Of a stretch of DNA of 46,580 nucleotides, positions 18,874 through 27,314 are shown in pieces (position 1 is the stretch's first letter; the number at the start of each line of letters is the position of its first letter). A program made the translations under genes and the position numbers. A model generated the notes under the pieces. The model saw only the letters and a program-made list of their open reading frames with translations. It had not been told where the DNA came from and searched no databases. Location: assembly GCA_025459245.1 (NCBI GenBank), contig JALOQZ010000001.1:1-46580 (forward strand), in the 5' to 3' direction. The DNA comes from Pirellula sp. (GTDB lineage Bacteria; Planctomycetota; Planctomycetia; Pirellulales; Pirellulaceae).

Positions 18874-18993
18874 GATCCACTCCTACGTGTAGATTGGTAG
18901 GCCATTCAAACACAGGAAGACATTCCGTTGTTTTTGTTAGGCCAAGGGACTTGTGACGGGGAAAACCCGATGCGTTTGCCACTCTCAGTCCAA

Positions 18994-19010
18994 TGCACTT
19001 AGCGTGCCAA
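18994..19010 (-). promoter_or_regulatory. Sigma54 (-24/-12) promoter, minus strand
   Basis: Minus strand reads TTGGCACGCTAAGTGCA, a near-perfect match to YTGGCACGrNNNTTGCW with GG-N10-GC. Confidence 0.75.
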
Positions 19011-19143
19011 TGCAACATGCACTTGAATCCATGCCCGTCGCGTGTTTTTTTGGGCACTTCCATGTGTGCTCCAATCAATGCTGCAACAATTGGCTGCAGA
19101 TACTGCAAAAAAACTCCTATTCTGACCAACTCTAGGTTTGCCT

Positions 19144-20493
19144 ATGTTCGAGATAAACAGCAATCGAAGCGTTAAAGCTTTCGCATTTGTGCTTGGACTT
19201 CTCAGCCTTTTCTCCCTTACCGTCACCGCTTGGGTGCTTCTAAACGTTCGACACGAGCAAGCCATAGTATCCCAGCTCATTCGCCATCTTGACGGTAGTG
19301 ATTTGGTGGTGGCCGATGAGCTTTCGAGTGAATTGGGGCTGCAGGGGAGCCTTTCCTTTCTTCTCGTGCTCAACATTTTTGCGACCGGAATTGCGTTTTC
19401 GTTCGTTCTTCGCGGGTATTTTAGCAGCCAGCAAAATCTGCAAGATGTCAAAGTCTTATCCACCGACATTCTGGCTAGCATGGATGCAGGCGTGATTACA
19501 ACCGACTTAGAGGGACGCATCACCAGCCTCAATAGTCGTGGGGGTGAATTACTAGGCCCCAGCTACACAGGTCTTAACCAAACCATCGAACAACTCGGAG
19601 CGGAACACGCCTTGCTTGCATCGATATGCAAGGAACTCCGAGCGCATGGAACACCCATCCGCGACCGGGATTACCAGATTGTTCGAAACGGTCATCGCAA
19701 GACTCTTCGAGCCGGCTGCACAATTCTGAGAAACAGACATAAGGATGAGGTAGGGATGGTAATACACGTGCGAGACGTCACCGAGAAAGCATTCATGGAA
19801 GAACGTTTAAGGAGGATGGAACGCTACGTGGGTCTTGGATCGTTGGCCGCAGGGCTGCAGCATGAGATCAAGAATCCGCTCAATGCTTTGTCGTTGCATA
19901 TTCAACTGCTTTGCGAATCGCTGGCAAAAGAGCATTTGAATGCAGAGATCAGCGAGACCCTAAGCATCCTCAATTCGGAGGTGAGACGCATTAGTGAGGT
20001 TCTCGATGGATTCCGAAACTATGCGTCGGTCGACGAGATTCGGCTTGCGCCGGTCGACATGGCGATGCTGATTGAAAAGCTGATCCGATTGCTTCGCCCC
20101 GATGCAGAGCAAAAGCGTGTCGCGCTCGAGTTCCATTGCCCCCAAGATTGCTCATCGCAGCTCATTGCCGACGGAGCAAAGCTGGAGCAAGTCCTCCTGA
20201 ACCTTGCATTGAATGCCGTTGCTGCAATGCCGAACGGCGGAAAGCTGCTCTTCACGATATCGAGCGACTCGGAAGAAATGAGGATTCAAATCGCAGATTC
20301 AGGAAATGGAATTCCTGCGGAGATCCGAGGCCAGATTTTCGATCCCTATTTCACCACCCGAAAGGACGGCATTGGTATGGGGCTCGCCATTTGCGAGAAA
20401 ATCATCCGTCAGCACGATGGTCGTATCGAGTTTCAGACAGGCAACTCCGGCACTACTTTCTCCATCCATCTGCCCTTATCGCAGGAGCGGTAA
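19144..20493 (+). CDS. Two-component sensor histidine kinase (2 TM, short periplasmic loop, PAS, HisKA, HATPase)
   Basis: H-box LAAGLQHEIKNPL, N-box QVLLNLALNA, DSGNGI, IFDPYFTT, GIGMGLAI; PAS-like ILASMDAGVITTD. Confidence 0.93.
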   Translation: MFEINSNRSVKAFAFVLGLLSLFSLTVTAWVLLNVRHEQAIVSQLIRHLDGSDLVVADELSSELGLQGSLSFLLVLNIFATGIAFSFVLRGYFSSQQNLQDVKVLSTDILASMDAGVITTDLEGRITSLNSRGGELLGPSYTGLNQTIEQLGAEHALLASICKELRAHGTPIRDRDYQIVRNGHRKTLRAGCTILRNRHKDEVGMVIHVRDVTEKAFMEERLRRMERYVGLGSLAAGLQHEIKNPLNALSLHIQLLCESLAKEHLNAEISETLSILNSEVRRISEVLDGFRNYASVDEIRLAPVDMAMLIEKLIRLLRPDAEQKRVALEFHCPQDCSSQLIADGAKLEQVLLNLALNAVAAMPNGGKLLFTISSDSEEMRIQIADSGNGIPAEIRGQIFDPYFTTRKDGIGMGLAICEKIIRQHDGRIEFQTGNSGTTFSIHLPLSQER

Positions 20494-20505
20494 GGCAACT
20501 TCGAC

Positions 20506-20539
20506 TGCTAGGTATTGCACGAAGGTGCAACTCCTTGCA
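20506..20539. promoter_or_regulatory. Phased TGCW array (putative bEBP UAS) upstream of the RND operon
   Basis: TGCT at 20506 and TGCA at 20516, 20526, 20536: exact 10-bp period, same layout as 15810-15843. Confidence 0.6.
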
Positions 20540-20736
20540 CCCTTCTTGAGGCAAACGATTAGACGCCGAGCGAATTTTCAAAATTGTTTCCGTTTTCATC
20601 GTCTCTGCCGTCTCTTAGGCCGAAACGATAGTTGTCCTCAAATGACTGGCTAAATCGACTTGCTCGAATGAGTTAATAGTCCATTGCCTTAGCGTTTCCT
20701 TCTCGTACGAGCGGCCTCCCCTCAAGCTTGCCCGGA

Positions 20737-20753
20737 TTGGCCCGATGGTTGCT
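20737..20753 (+). promoter_or_regulatory. Sigma54 (-24/-12) promoter of the RND efflux operon
   Basis: TTGGCCCGATGGTTGCT, one mismatch from YTGGCACGrNNNTTGCW, ~90 bp upstream of the MFP start. Confidence 0.75.
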
Positions 20754-20845
20754 ATAGGTGCATATATCACCGCAGATTGGGAATCCTCCAGCCGTCGGAA
20801 TCCACGCTGGTACCGCTGCCGCTTGAAAACTACTCGTTCAAAACC

Positions 20846-22114
20846 ATGCGACGATCCGTGAAGAGAAATCTACTGCTGTTGTGTTTGTTCGTGCCCACTC
20901 TGCCAGCCTGCGATGCCATCAAGGCAAAGTTCAGTAGCGAGGGGCAATCGCAGCTGACCGAGAACGGTAAAGGGACCGGGCATGAAGAGGCCGTTCATGG
21001 GGGAATTCATCAAGACGGTCCTCATTCGACCAATGCAAAGCAGGGGCAGGTGGTGCATACAACCGAAGTGCATAAGCCGGGTGAGCATGGCGCTTCAGAG
21101 CACGAGCATCACACCCACAAGATTGTCGCCACTGAATCGGTCTCGCGCGACGTTGTAAGTACACAATCCTACGTGTGCCAGATCCATTCTTGCCGTCACA
21201 TCGAAGTTCGCGCATTAGAGCGAGGTTATCTCGAAGAAATCTCCATTCGCGAAGGACAGCAAGTTCAACAGGGAGATGTTCTCTTTCGCATTCTTCCTCC
21301 AGTCTTTCAAGCAAAACTCGATACCGACGTCGCTGAGGCAAAGCTCGTTCAAATCGAGCTCGACAATGCCAGGAGACTCTTCGACCAGAAAGTGGTATCG
21401 GCGCAAGAAGTTGCTCTCGCAGAAGCCAAGTTAGCAAAAGCGCAGGCGCAGGTGAAACTGTCCCTCGCGGAGTTGAACTTTACCATCATTCGAGCTTCTT
21501 TTCCAGGAATTGTTGATCGTCTGCGCAGCCAGCAAGGGAGTTTGGTGTCGGAAGGGGACGTGCTTACCACGCTTTCCGACAATAGCACGATGTGGGTTTA
21601 CTTCAACGTTCCCGAATCTCGCTATCTGGAGTACCGTTCCCAAGTCGCTCAGCATGCCGCCGATATGTCGGTGGAATTAGTTTTAGCGAACCACACCAAA
21701 TTCAACCAACCAGGAAAGATCGGCGCTATCGAAGCTGACTTCAATAGTGAAACAGGTAATATTGCTTTCCGCGCGGACTTCCCCAACCCAGAAGGACTCT
21801 TACGACACGGTCAAACAGGGAATGTCCTCATCCATCGACAACTACACAACGCGATTGTTATTCCACAACGAGCGACTTTCGAGATTCTGGCGAACCGATA
21901 TGTCTACGTCATCGACGAAAACAACGTTATTCAACAAAAGCAGATCAATATCAAAACGGAACTCGAGGATATCTTTGTCATCGACAGCGGTATCGAAAGC
22001 GGAACGCGTATCGTTCTCGAGGGGATACGAGATGTGAAGGTAGGAGACCAAGTGGAATTCGAATTCCGCGATCCCAACCAAGTGCTTCAGAATCTCAAGA
22101 ACAAAGCTGAGTAA
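20846..22114 (+). CDS. RND efflux membrane fusion protein (lipoprotein) with His-rich N-terminal segment
   Basis: Lipobox LPA-C; EVRALERGYLEEI..EGQQVQQGDVLFRI, IRASFPGIV, FPNPEGLLRHG, IVIPQRA. Start placed at ATG 20846. Confidence 0.92.
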   Translation: MRRSVKRNLLLLCLFVPTLPACDAIKAKFSSEGQSQLTENGKGTGHEEAVHGGIHQDGPHSTNAKQGQVVHTTEVHKPGEHGASEHEHHTHKIVATESVSRDVVSTQSYVCQIHSCRHIEVRALERGYLEEISIREGQQVQQGDVLFRILPPVFQAKLDTDVAEAKLVQIELDNARRLFDQKVVSAQEVALAEAKLAKAQAQVKLSLAELNFTIIRASFPGIVDRLRSQQGSLVSEGDVLTTLSDNSTMWVYFNVPESRYLEYRSQVAQHAADMSVELVLANHTKFNQPGKIGAIEADFNSETGNIAFRADFPNPEGLLRHGQTGNVLIHRQLHNAIVIPQRATFEILANRYVYVIDENNVIQQKQINIKTELEDIFVIDSGIESGTRIVLEGIRDVKVGDQVEFEFRDPNQVLQNLKNKAE

Positions 22115-22126
22115 AGGAGCACAAGG

Positions 22127-25100
22127 ATGTTTGTACGTTTTCTTCATCGCCCTGCACTCGCGATTGTCATTTCCCTCCTTATCCTTTTCATGGGGGGGCT
22201 TTCTATTCAGTCGTTGCCTATCTCCCAGTTCCCATCGGTCGCACCGCCGAGCGTCGTGGTGTCGGTCTCGTATCCCGGCGCAAGCGCGAATGTGCTTGTC
22301 GACTCTGTCATGGTGATCCTTGAACAAGCCATCAATGGCGTTCAAGACATGCGATACATGATCGGCGATGCTACAAGTGCAGGTGAAGGAACGATCCAAG
22401 TTATCTTTGAGCCAGGGACCGATCCCAACGTCGCCGTATTGAACGTGAACAACCGCATACAAGCGGTCAAAAACAATTTGCCACCTATCGTGGATCGCGA
22501 AGGCATTATCGTCATGCAAAACATGTCGAGCATGCTAATGTACGTAAACGTCTTTAGTACCGAGGAGGGAGTCGATCAGAACTTTCTCTTCAATTATGCA
22601 ACGGCGAATATCCTGCCTGAAATCAAGCGCATTCAGGGGGTCGGTCGAGCTAGTATCCTAGGGAACCGAGCCTATGCGATGCGGGTGGAACTGAATTTGG
22701 ACCGATTGCGCGCCTATAATCTTTCGTCGGATGACGTGATGAAGGCGATTGCGGAGCAGAGCATGATCGGCTCCCCTGGACGACTTGGCCAAGCGACAGG
22801 CCGAACGTCACAAACCGTCGAGTACGTTCTGACTTGGGTGGGACGTTATAACAAGCCGGAGCAATACGAGAGCATCATCCTTCGCGCGAATCCCGATGGT
22901 CAAATTATTCGAATCAAAGACGTAGCGACCGTCTCACTTGGCTCGTCGTTTTACGACTTGTACTCGGATATCGATGGTCACCCCTCCGCAGCAATCGTGC
23001 TTAAGCAAACTCCCGGATCGAATGCGACGGTTGTGATTGAAAAGGTCAAGGAGAAACTGGAGCAAATCAAAAAGGATTCGTTCCCGCCGGGAATGGACTT
23101 TGAAGTGAGCTATGACGTTTCCAAGTTTCTGGAGGCCTCAATCGAGAAGGTTCTTCACACATTAATCGAAGCGTTCATCTTGGTTTCGCTGGTGGTGTTT
23201 CTCTTCCTGGGGGACTTCCGAAGTACGCTCATCCCGACCCTTGCTGTTCCCGTTTCTTTGATCGGAACCTTCTTCTTTCTCCTGTTGTTCGGGATGTCCA
23301 TCAATCTCATCACGCTATTTGCCTTGGTACTCGCCATTGGTGTGGTTGTCGATGATGCGATCGTGGTAGTGGAAGCGGTGCATGCGAAAATGGCGGAGAA
23401 GCATCTTTCCCCCTATGCCGCGACAAAAGAAGTTGTCCATGAAATTAGTGGTGCAATCATCGCGATTACGCTGGTGATGACTGCCGTATTTATCCCTGTA
23501 ACGTTCATGACAGGCCCCGTTGGAGTCTTCTACCGACAATTCGGTCTGACGATGGCGATGTCGATCGTTTTGTCAGGGGTCGTCGCTCTTACGCTGACAC
23601 CTGTGTTGTGCGCGATTATTCTCAAGCCGCACGGTCACGGTGATGCTCCAAAAGGACTTATACCTCGGTTCTTTGTGTTTATGGATCGCACACTCAACAA
23701 GATGGGCGGGGTCGGTGGCTTTATTGCGAGGTGGATCTGGATCTTCTCGCTCAGTGCAGCCTGTGGTTATGGTGTCTATCGATTTCTGAGTTTGGAACCC
23801 ATCATCCATGCAACCCATGATATGTTTTTACTCACGCCGCTTCGGATCTTGTTGATCTCAGTCGCGGCAACGATTTGGATGGTCCTTACCATCCGGTCCA
23901 TCATGTCGCGAGGACGACCAGCTGACCAAGTCTCTCCAGGACCAATGGCAATTTTTATCGCTGGGATAAACCAGATTATCGAAGGAATCACCAATGTATA
24001 TGCGGGGATCCTCAAACGTATCGTCACTCTCCGCACCTTGACCATGCTGGTCATCACCGCGTTTACCGTTGGGATTTATTCCGTCAATAATGTTCTACCT
24101 TCAGGATTCATTCCGCTTGAAGATCAAGGGATTATTTACGGGGTTATCCAGACACCCCCAGGTTCGACCTTGGAGTACACGAATTCGAAGGCGCGAGAGC
24201 TCCAAGGAATCTGCGAAGAGCTGGAGGATATTACATCTGTTTCGTCGCTCGCAGGCTATGAGGTACTCACGGAAGGTCGGGGATCGAACGCTGGGACTTG
24301 CATCATCAACCTCAAGCCCTGGGCGGAACGCAAACGGACTTCCAAACAAGTCATTGAGGAGCTTGAAAAGCGTGGAAGGGATATCTCCAACATCAAGCTG
24401 GAATTCTTCGAGCCCCCAGCCGTTCCTGGGTTCGGTGCCGCTGGTGGCTTCGCATTGAATTTGCTCGACAAAACCAATTCAGGGGATTACGAAGCGTTAG
24501 GAGCCGTAACTGACAAATTCATGACGGCGCTGGCAAAACGCAAGGAACTAAAGGGACTCTTTACGTTCTTTGCTGGGAACTACCCGCAATACGAGATCAT
24601 CATCGATAACGATATCGCGATGCAAAAGGGGGTATCGATCGCAGAGGCGATGAACAACCTGTCGATCGTCATCGGTAGTACTTGGGAGCAAGGATTCATT
24701 CGATTCGGTCAATTCTACAAGGTCTATGTGCAAGCGGCGCCGGAGTTTCGTCGCTACCCGGAAGACCTTTCGAATATGTTTGTGAAAAACGATCGCGGAG
24801 AGATGGTGCCTTACTCTGCGTTCATGCGATTGAAAAAGAAGCAAGGCCTCAACGAAATCAGCCGATACAACCTCTATCCTTCGGCTCCCATTCAAGGATC
24901 GCCGGCGGCAGGCTACAGCAGCGGGCAAGCAATCGCTGCGATTCGAGAAGTTGCTGCGGAGACTTTACCTCGCGGCTATGGAATCGATTGGCAAGGCCTA
25001 TCGTTCGACGAAGCGAAGAGTGGGAATACGGCCGTGTACATCTTCATCATCGTTGTGGTGTTCGTGTACATGGTCTTGGTCGGGCAATACGAGAGTTTCA

Positions 25101-25579
25101 TACTTCCTTTAGCTGTCATTGTTTCGCTCCCAGTCGGGATTTTCGGATCCTTCTTCTTATTGCAAGCAATGGGGCTGGCGAATGATGTCTATTGCCAGAT
25201 AGGTTTGGTGATGCTCGTCGGACTGCTTGGGAAGAACGCCATTTTGATTATCGAATTCGCCATCCAGCGGAATCGCGAAGGGGTCAGCATTAAGGATGCG
25301 GCGATCGAAGGAGGAAAGCTTCGATTCCGCCCGATTCTTATGACCTCATTTGCGTTCATCGCAGGTCTCGTCCCGTTGGTTCGAGCGACGGGGCCAGGAG
25401 CGATCGGCAATCGAACGATTGGAACCACTGCGGTGGGGGGAATGTTACTAGGAACGGTCATTGGAGTTCTCGTGATTCCGGGACTCTATTATCTCTTCGC
25501 CAAGATGGCGGAGGGACGGAAGTTAATCAAGGATGAGCATGATGAGCCGCTTTTCGAAATCTTGGAACGGACGCATTAA
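22127..25579 (+). CDS. RND efflux transporter permease (HAE1/AcrB-like), with an extra hydrophobic insertion
   Basis: LPISQFPSVAPP, AIGVVVDDAIVVVE, KNAILIIEFA, RFRPILMTSFAFIAG; AAGGAG RBS; 1150 aa. Confidence 0.95.
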   Translation: MFVRFLHRPALAIVISLLILFMGGLSIQSLPISQFPSVAPPSVVVSVSYPGASANVLVDSVMVILEQAINGVQDMRYMIGDATSAGEGTIQVIFEPGTDPNVAVLNVNNRIQAVKNNLPPIVDREGIIVMQNMSSMLMYVNVFSTEEGVDQNFLFNYATANILPEIKRIQGVGRASILGNRAYAMRVELNLDRLRAYNLSSDDVMKAIAEQSMIGSPGRLGQATGRTSQTVEYVLTWVGRYNKPEQYESIILRANPDGQIIRIKDVATVSLGSSFYDLYSDIDGHPSAAIVLKQTPGSNATVVIEKVKEKLEQIKKDSFPPGMDFEVSYDVSKFLEASIEKVLHTLIEAFILVSLVVFLFLGDFRSTLIPTLAVPVSLIGTFFFLLLFGMSINLITLFALVLAIGVVVDDAIVVVEAVHAKMAEKHLSPYAATKEVVHEISGAIIAITLVMTAVFIPVTFMTGPVGVFYRQFGLTMAMSIVLSGVVALTLTPVLCAIILKPHGHGDAPKGLIPRFFVFMDRTLNKMGGVGGFIARWIWIFSLSAACGYGVYRFLSLEPIIHATHDMFLLTPLRILLISVAATIWMVLTIRSIMSRGRPADQVSPGPMAIFIAGINQIIEGITNVYAGILKRIVTLRTLTMLVITAFTVGIYSVNNVLPSGFIPLEDQGIIYGVIQTPPGSTLEYTNSKARELQGICEELEDITSVSSLAGYEVLTEGRGSNAGTCIINLKPWAERKRTSKQVIEELEKRGRDISNIKLEFFEPPAVPGFGAAGGFALNLLDKTNSGDYEALGAVTDKFMTALAKRKELKGLFTFFAGNYPQYEIIIDNDIAMQKGVSIAEAMNNLSIVIGSTWEQGFIRFGQFYKVYVQAAPEFRRYPEDLSNMFVKNDRGEMVPYSAFMRLKKKQGLNEISRYNLYPSAPIQGSPAAGYSSGQAIAAIREVAAETLPRGYGIDWQGLSFDEAKSGNTAVYIFIIVVVFVYMVLVGQYESFILPLAVIVSLPVGIFGSFFLLQAMGLANDVYCQIGLVMLVGLLGKNAILIIEFAIQRNREGVSIKDAAIEGGKLRFRPILMTSFAFIAGLVPLVRATGPGAIGNRTIGTTAVGGMLLGTVIGVLVIPGLYYLFAKMAEGRKLIKDEHDEPLFEILERTH

Positions 25580-27218
25580 GCGAAGCAGCTTCGCTGCCGT
25601 GATCGCGGGGGCGACGCTGATTCCCGGGTGCAAGATTCCTGAAATCTGTCGCCCAGAGGCAATGCGTCCCCTCCCACAAGCCTACGATCGCAACAACGAT
25701 CCTGCACAAGGAATCGTGAGCGACGAAAATTCGGCATGTCTCGGATGGCGGGAATTTTTTAACGATCCTACGCTGCATAACTTGATTTCCGAATCGCTTT
25801 CAGGGAACCAAGAACTCAAAATCCTGGCCCAAGACATTCGCATCGCGAACAACGAGTACCGCGCCAGACGCGGGCTTTTGTTCCCCTTCGCGTCGATTGG
25901 GACATCCGCTGGAATCGAAAAATCAAGCCGCTTCACTCGCAACGGTGCAGTGGAAGATCAACTACAAGCAGCCCCTGGAAAAGGCTTTCCTGAACCACTC
26001 CCCAATTTTCTTGTCGCTGCCGACGTGTCCTGGGAAATCGATATTTGGCGAAAGCTGCGCAATGCGAGAGACGCCCAGGCTCTCCGATTCCTTGGTACGC
26101 AAGCGGGGCGAAACTACGTCGTGACGAGAGTCGTTGCCGAAGTCGCTGAGAACTACTACGAGCTTCTCGCTCTGGACAATCGACTGGAGACACTGAATCG
26201 AACCATCGAAATCCAACAACAGAGTTTGGATACGGCTCGCGCTCTAAAAGATGCAGCTCGTGGGACAGAGCTTGCTGTGCAACGCTTTCAAGCGGAAGTG
26301 CAAAAGAATCAAAGTGAGAAGCTGATAATCCAGCAGGAAATCACAGAAACCGAGAACCGAATCAACTACCTAGCCGGGCGATTCCCACAGAAGGTAGAAC
26401 GGCCTTCCGTCGAGTTTCTTTCGCTTTATTTGCCTGCCATTGGGGTTGGATTCCCTTCCCAGCAGTTGTTGAATCGATCAGATATTCGCCAAGCGGAACG
26501 CGAGGTAGCCGCATCAGGGCTGGACGTTCGCGTCGCGCGGGCTCAATTCTTTCCGTCTTTGATTCTGACTGCCGGTGTTGGATACGAGGCATTCAATACA
26601 AAGTATTTGTTCTCAAGTCCTGAATCATTGATCTACAACGCGGCAGGTGGCCTGGTCGCACCCCTGATTAACCGCTCTGCAATCAAAGCAGACTATCTCA
26701 ATGCGAACGCTCGCCAACTGCAAGCTGTGTACGAGTATCAACAGACGGTCCTCAATGCCCACATCGAAGTCATCAATCAGTTGTCATTGGTGGAGAACTA
26801 TACCCGCAGCCTAGAAGTAAAAGCGCAACAGCTGCAATCTCTCGAAGCGTCGGTAGACAATGCGACCAAGCTTTTTCAGAATGCGAGAGGCGAGTACATC
26901 GAAGTGCTTCTAGCCCAGCGGGATATGATGGAAGCCAGACTTGTACTGATCGACACCAAGCAAAAGCAGCTCGCTGGGGTCATCAAAGCCTACCAGGCTC
27001 TCGGTGGCGGCGGACGCCCCGGCGACTTCGTCGTCGAGGAATTGGAGTCTCTTGAAGCCCCCGTTTTGGATAGTGCTGAGAACCAAACGATAGAAAGCAC
27101 ACCGATCCAGATTCGAACGGAAATGGGGAAACAAGTGATCGGCCGATCCGAAGGTGCACCAATCGCGATGGTTCAGGAAGCGCAGACAGCTACGTTCGAT
27201 GTTCAAGGAAGTCGATAG
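25533..27218 (+). CDS. RND outer membrane factor (TolC/OprM/NodT-family lipoprotein)
   Basis: Lipobox-like IPG-C; WREFFNDPTL, SWEIDIWRKLR, LLNRSDIRQAE, ARAQFFPS, YQALGGG; start overlaps the permease end (exact ATG among 25533/25539/25542 uncertain). Confidence 0.92.
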   Translation: MSMMSRFSKSWNGRIKRSSFAAVIAGATLIPGCKIPEICRPEAMRPLPQAYDRNNDPAQGIVSDENSACLGWREFFNDPTLHNLISESLSGNQELKILAQDIRIANNEYRARRGLLFPFASIGTSAGIEKSSRFTRNGAVEDQLQAAPGKGFPEPLPNFLVAADVSWEIDIWRKLRNARDAQALRFLGTQAGRNYVVTRVVAEVAENYYELLALDNRLETLNRTIEIQQQSLDTARALKDAARGTELAVQRFQAEVQKNQSEKLIIQQEITETENRINYLAGRFPQKVERPSVEFLSLYLPAIGVGFPSQQLLNRSDIRQAEREVAASGLDVRVARAQFFPSLILTAGVGYEAFNTKYLFSSPESLIYNAAGGLVAPLINRSAIKADYLNANARQLQAVYEYQQTVLNAHIEVINQLSLVENYTRSLEVKAQQLQSLEASVDNATKLFQNARGEYIEVLLAQRDMMEARLVLIDTKQKQLAGVIKAYQALGGGGRPGDFVVEELESLEAPVLDSAENQTIESTPIQIRTEMGKQVIGRSEGAPIAMVQEAQTATFDVQGSR

Positions 27219-27314
27219 ATCGAACGCTTTGCCTGTGGCGAAATGCGACTGTTTCGCCCGACGATGGAATGATCAGCTAGGAAAGGTTTACCGTAGGGCT
27301 TGCGCCCGTGCCGT

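Noticed and set aside
18899-18981. c-di-GMP-I riboswitch-like words (GGCAAAC...GGCCTAA) in the leader of the 69-aa ORF, minus strand
   Set aside because: No GNRA-capped P2, no GACGCAAAGC junction and no convincing P1. An Infernal search with the c-di-GMP-I model would be needed; not supported by eye.
19082-19107. Fourth TGCA cluster (19082, 19095, 19104) upstream of the minus-strand sigma54 promoter
   Set aside because: Spacing is 13 and 9 bp instead of 10, so it is cited only as weak support and not listed as a feature.
21842-22519. 225-aa minus-strand ORF, and similar 130-205 aa ORFs at 8635, 18999, 29058 and 38938
   Set aside because: Antisense shadows of well-supported genes, with no motifs or RBS.
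13001-27314. The sigma54/RND block as an integrated genomic island
   Set aside because: No integrase, transposase, tRNA or flanking direct repeats seen, and a compositional shift could not be computed.
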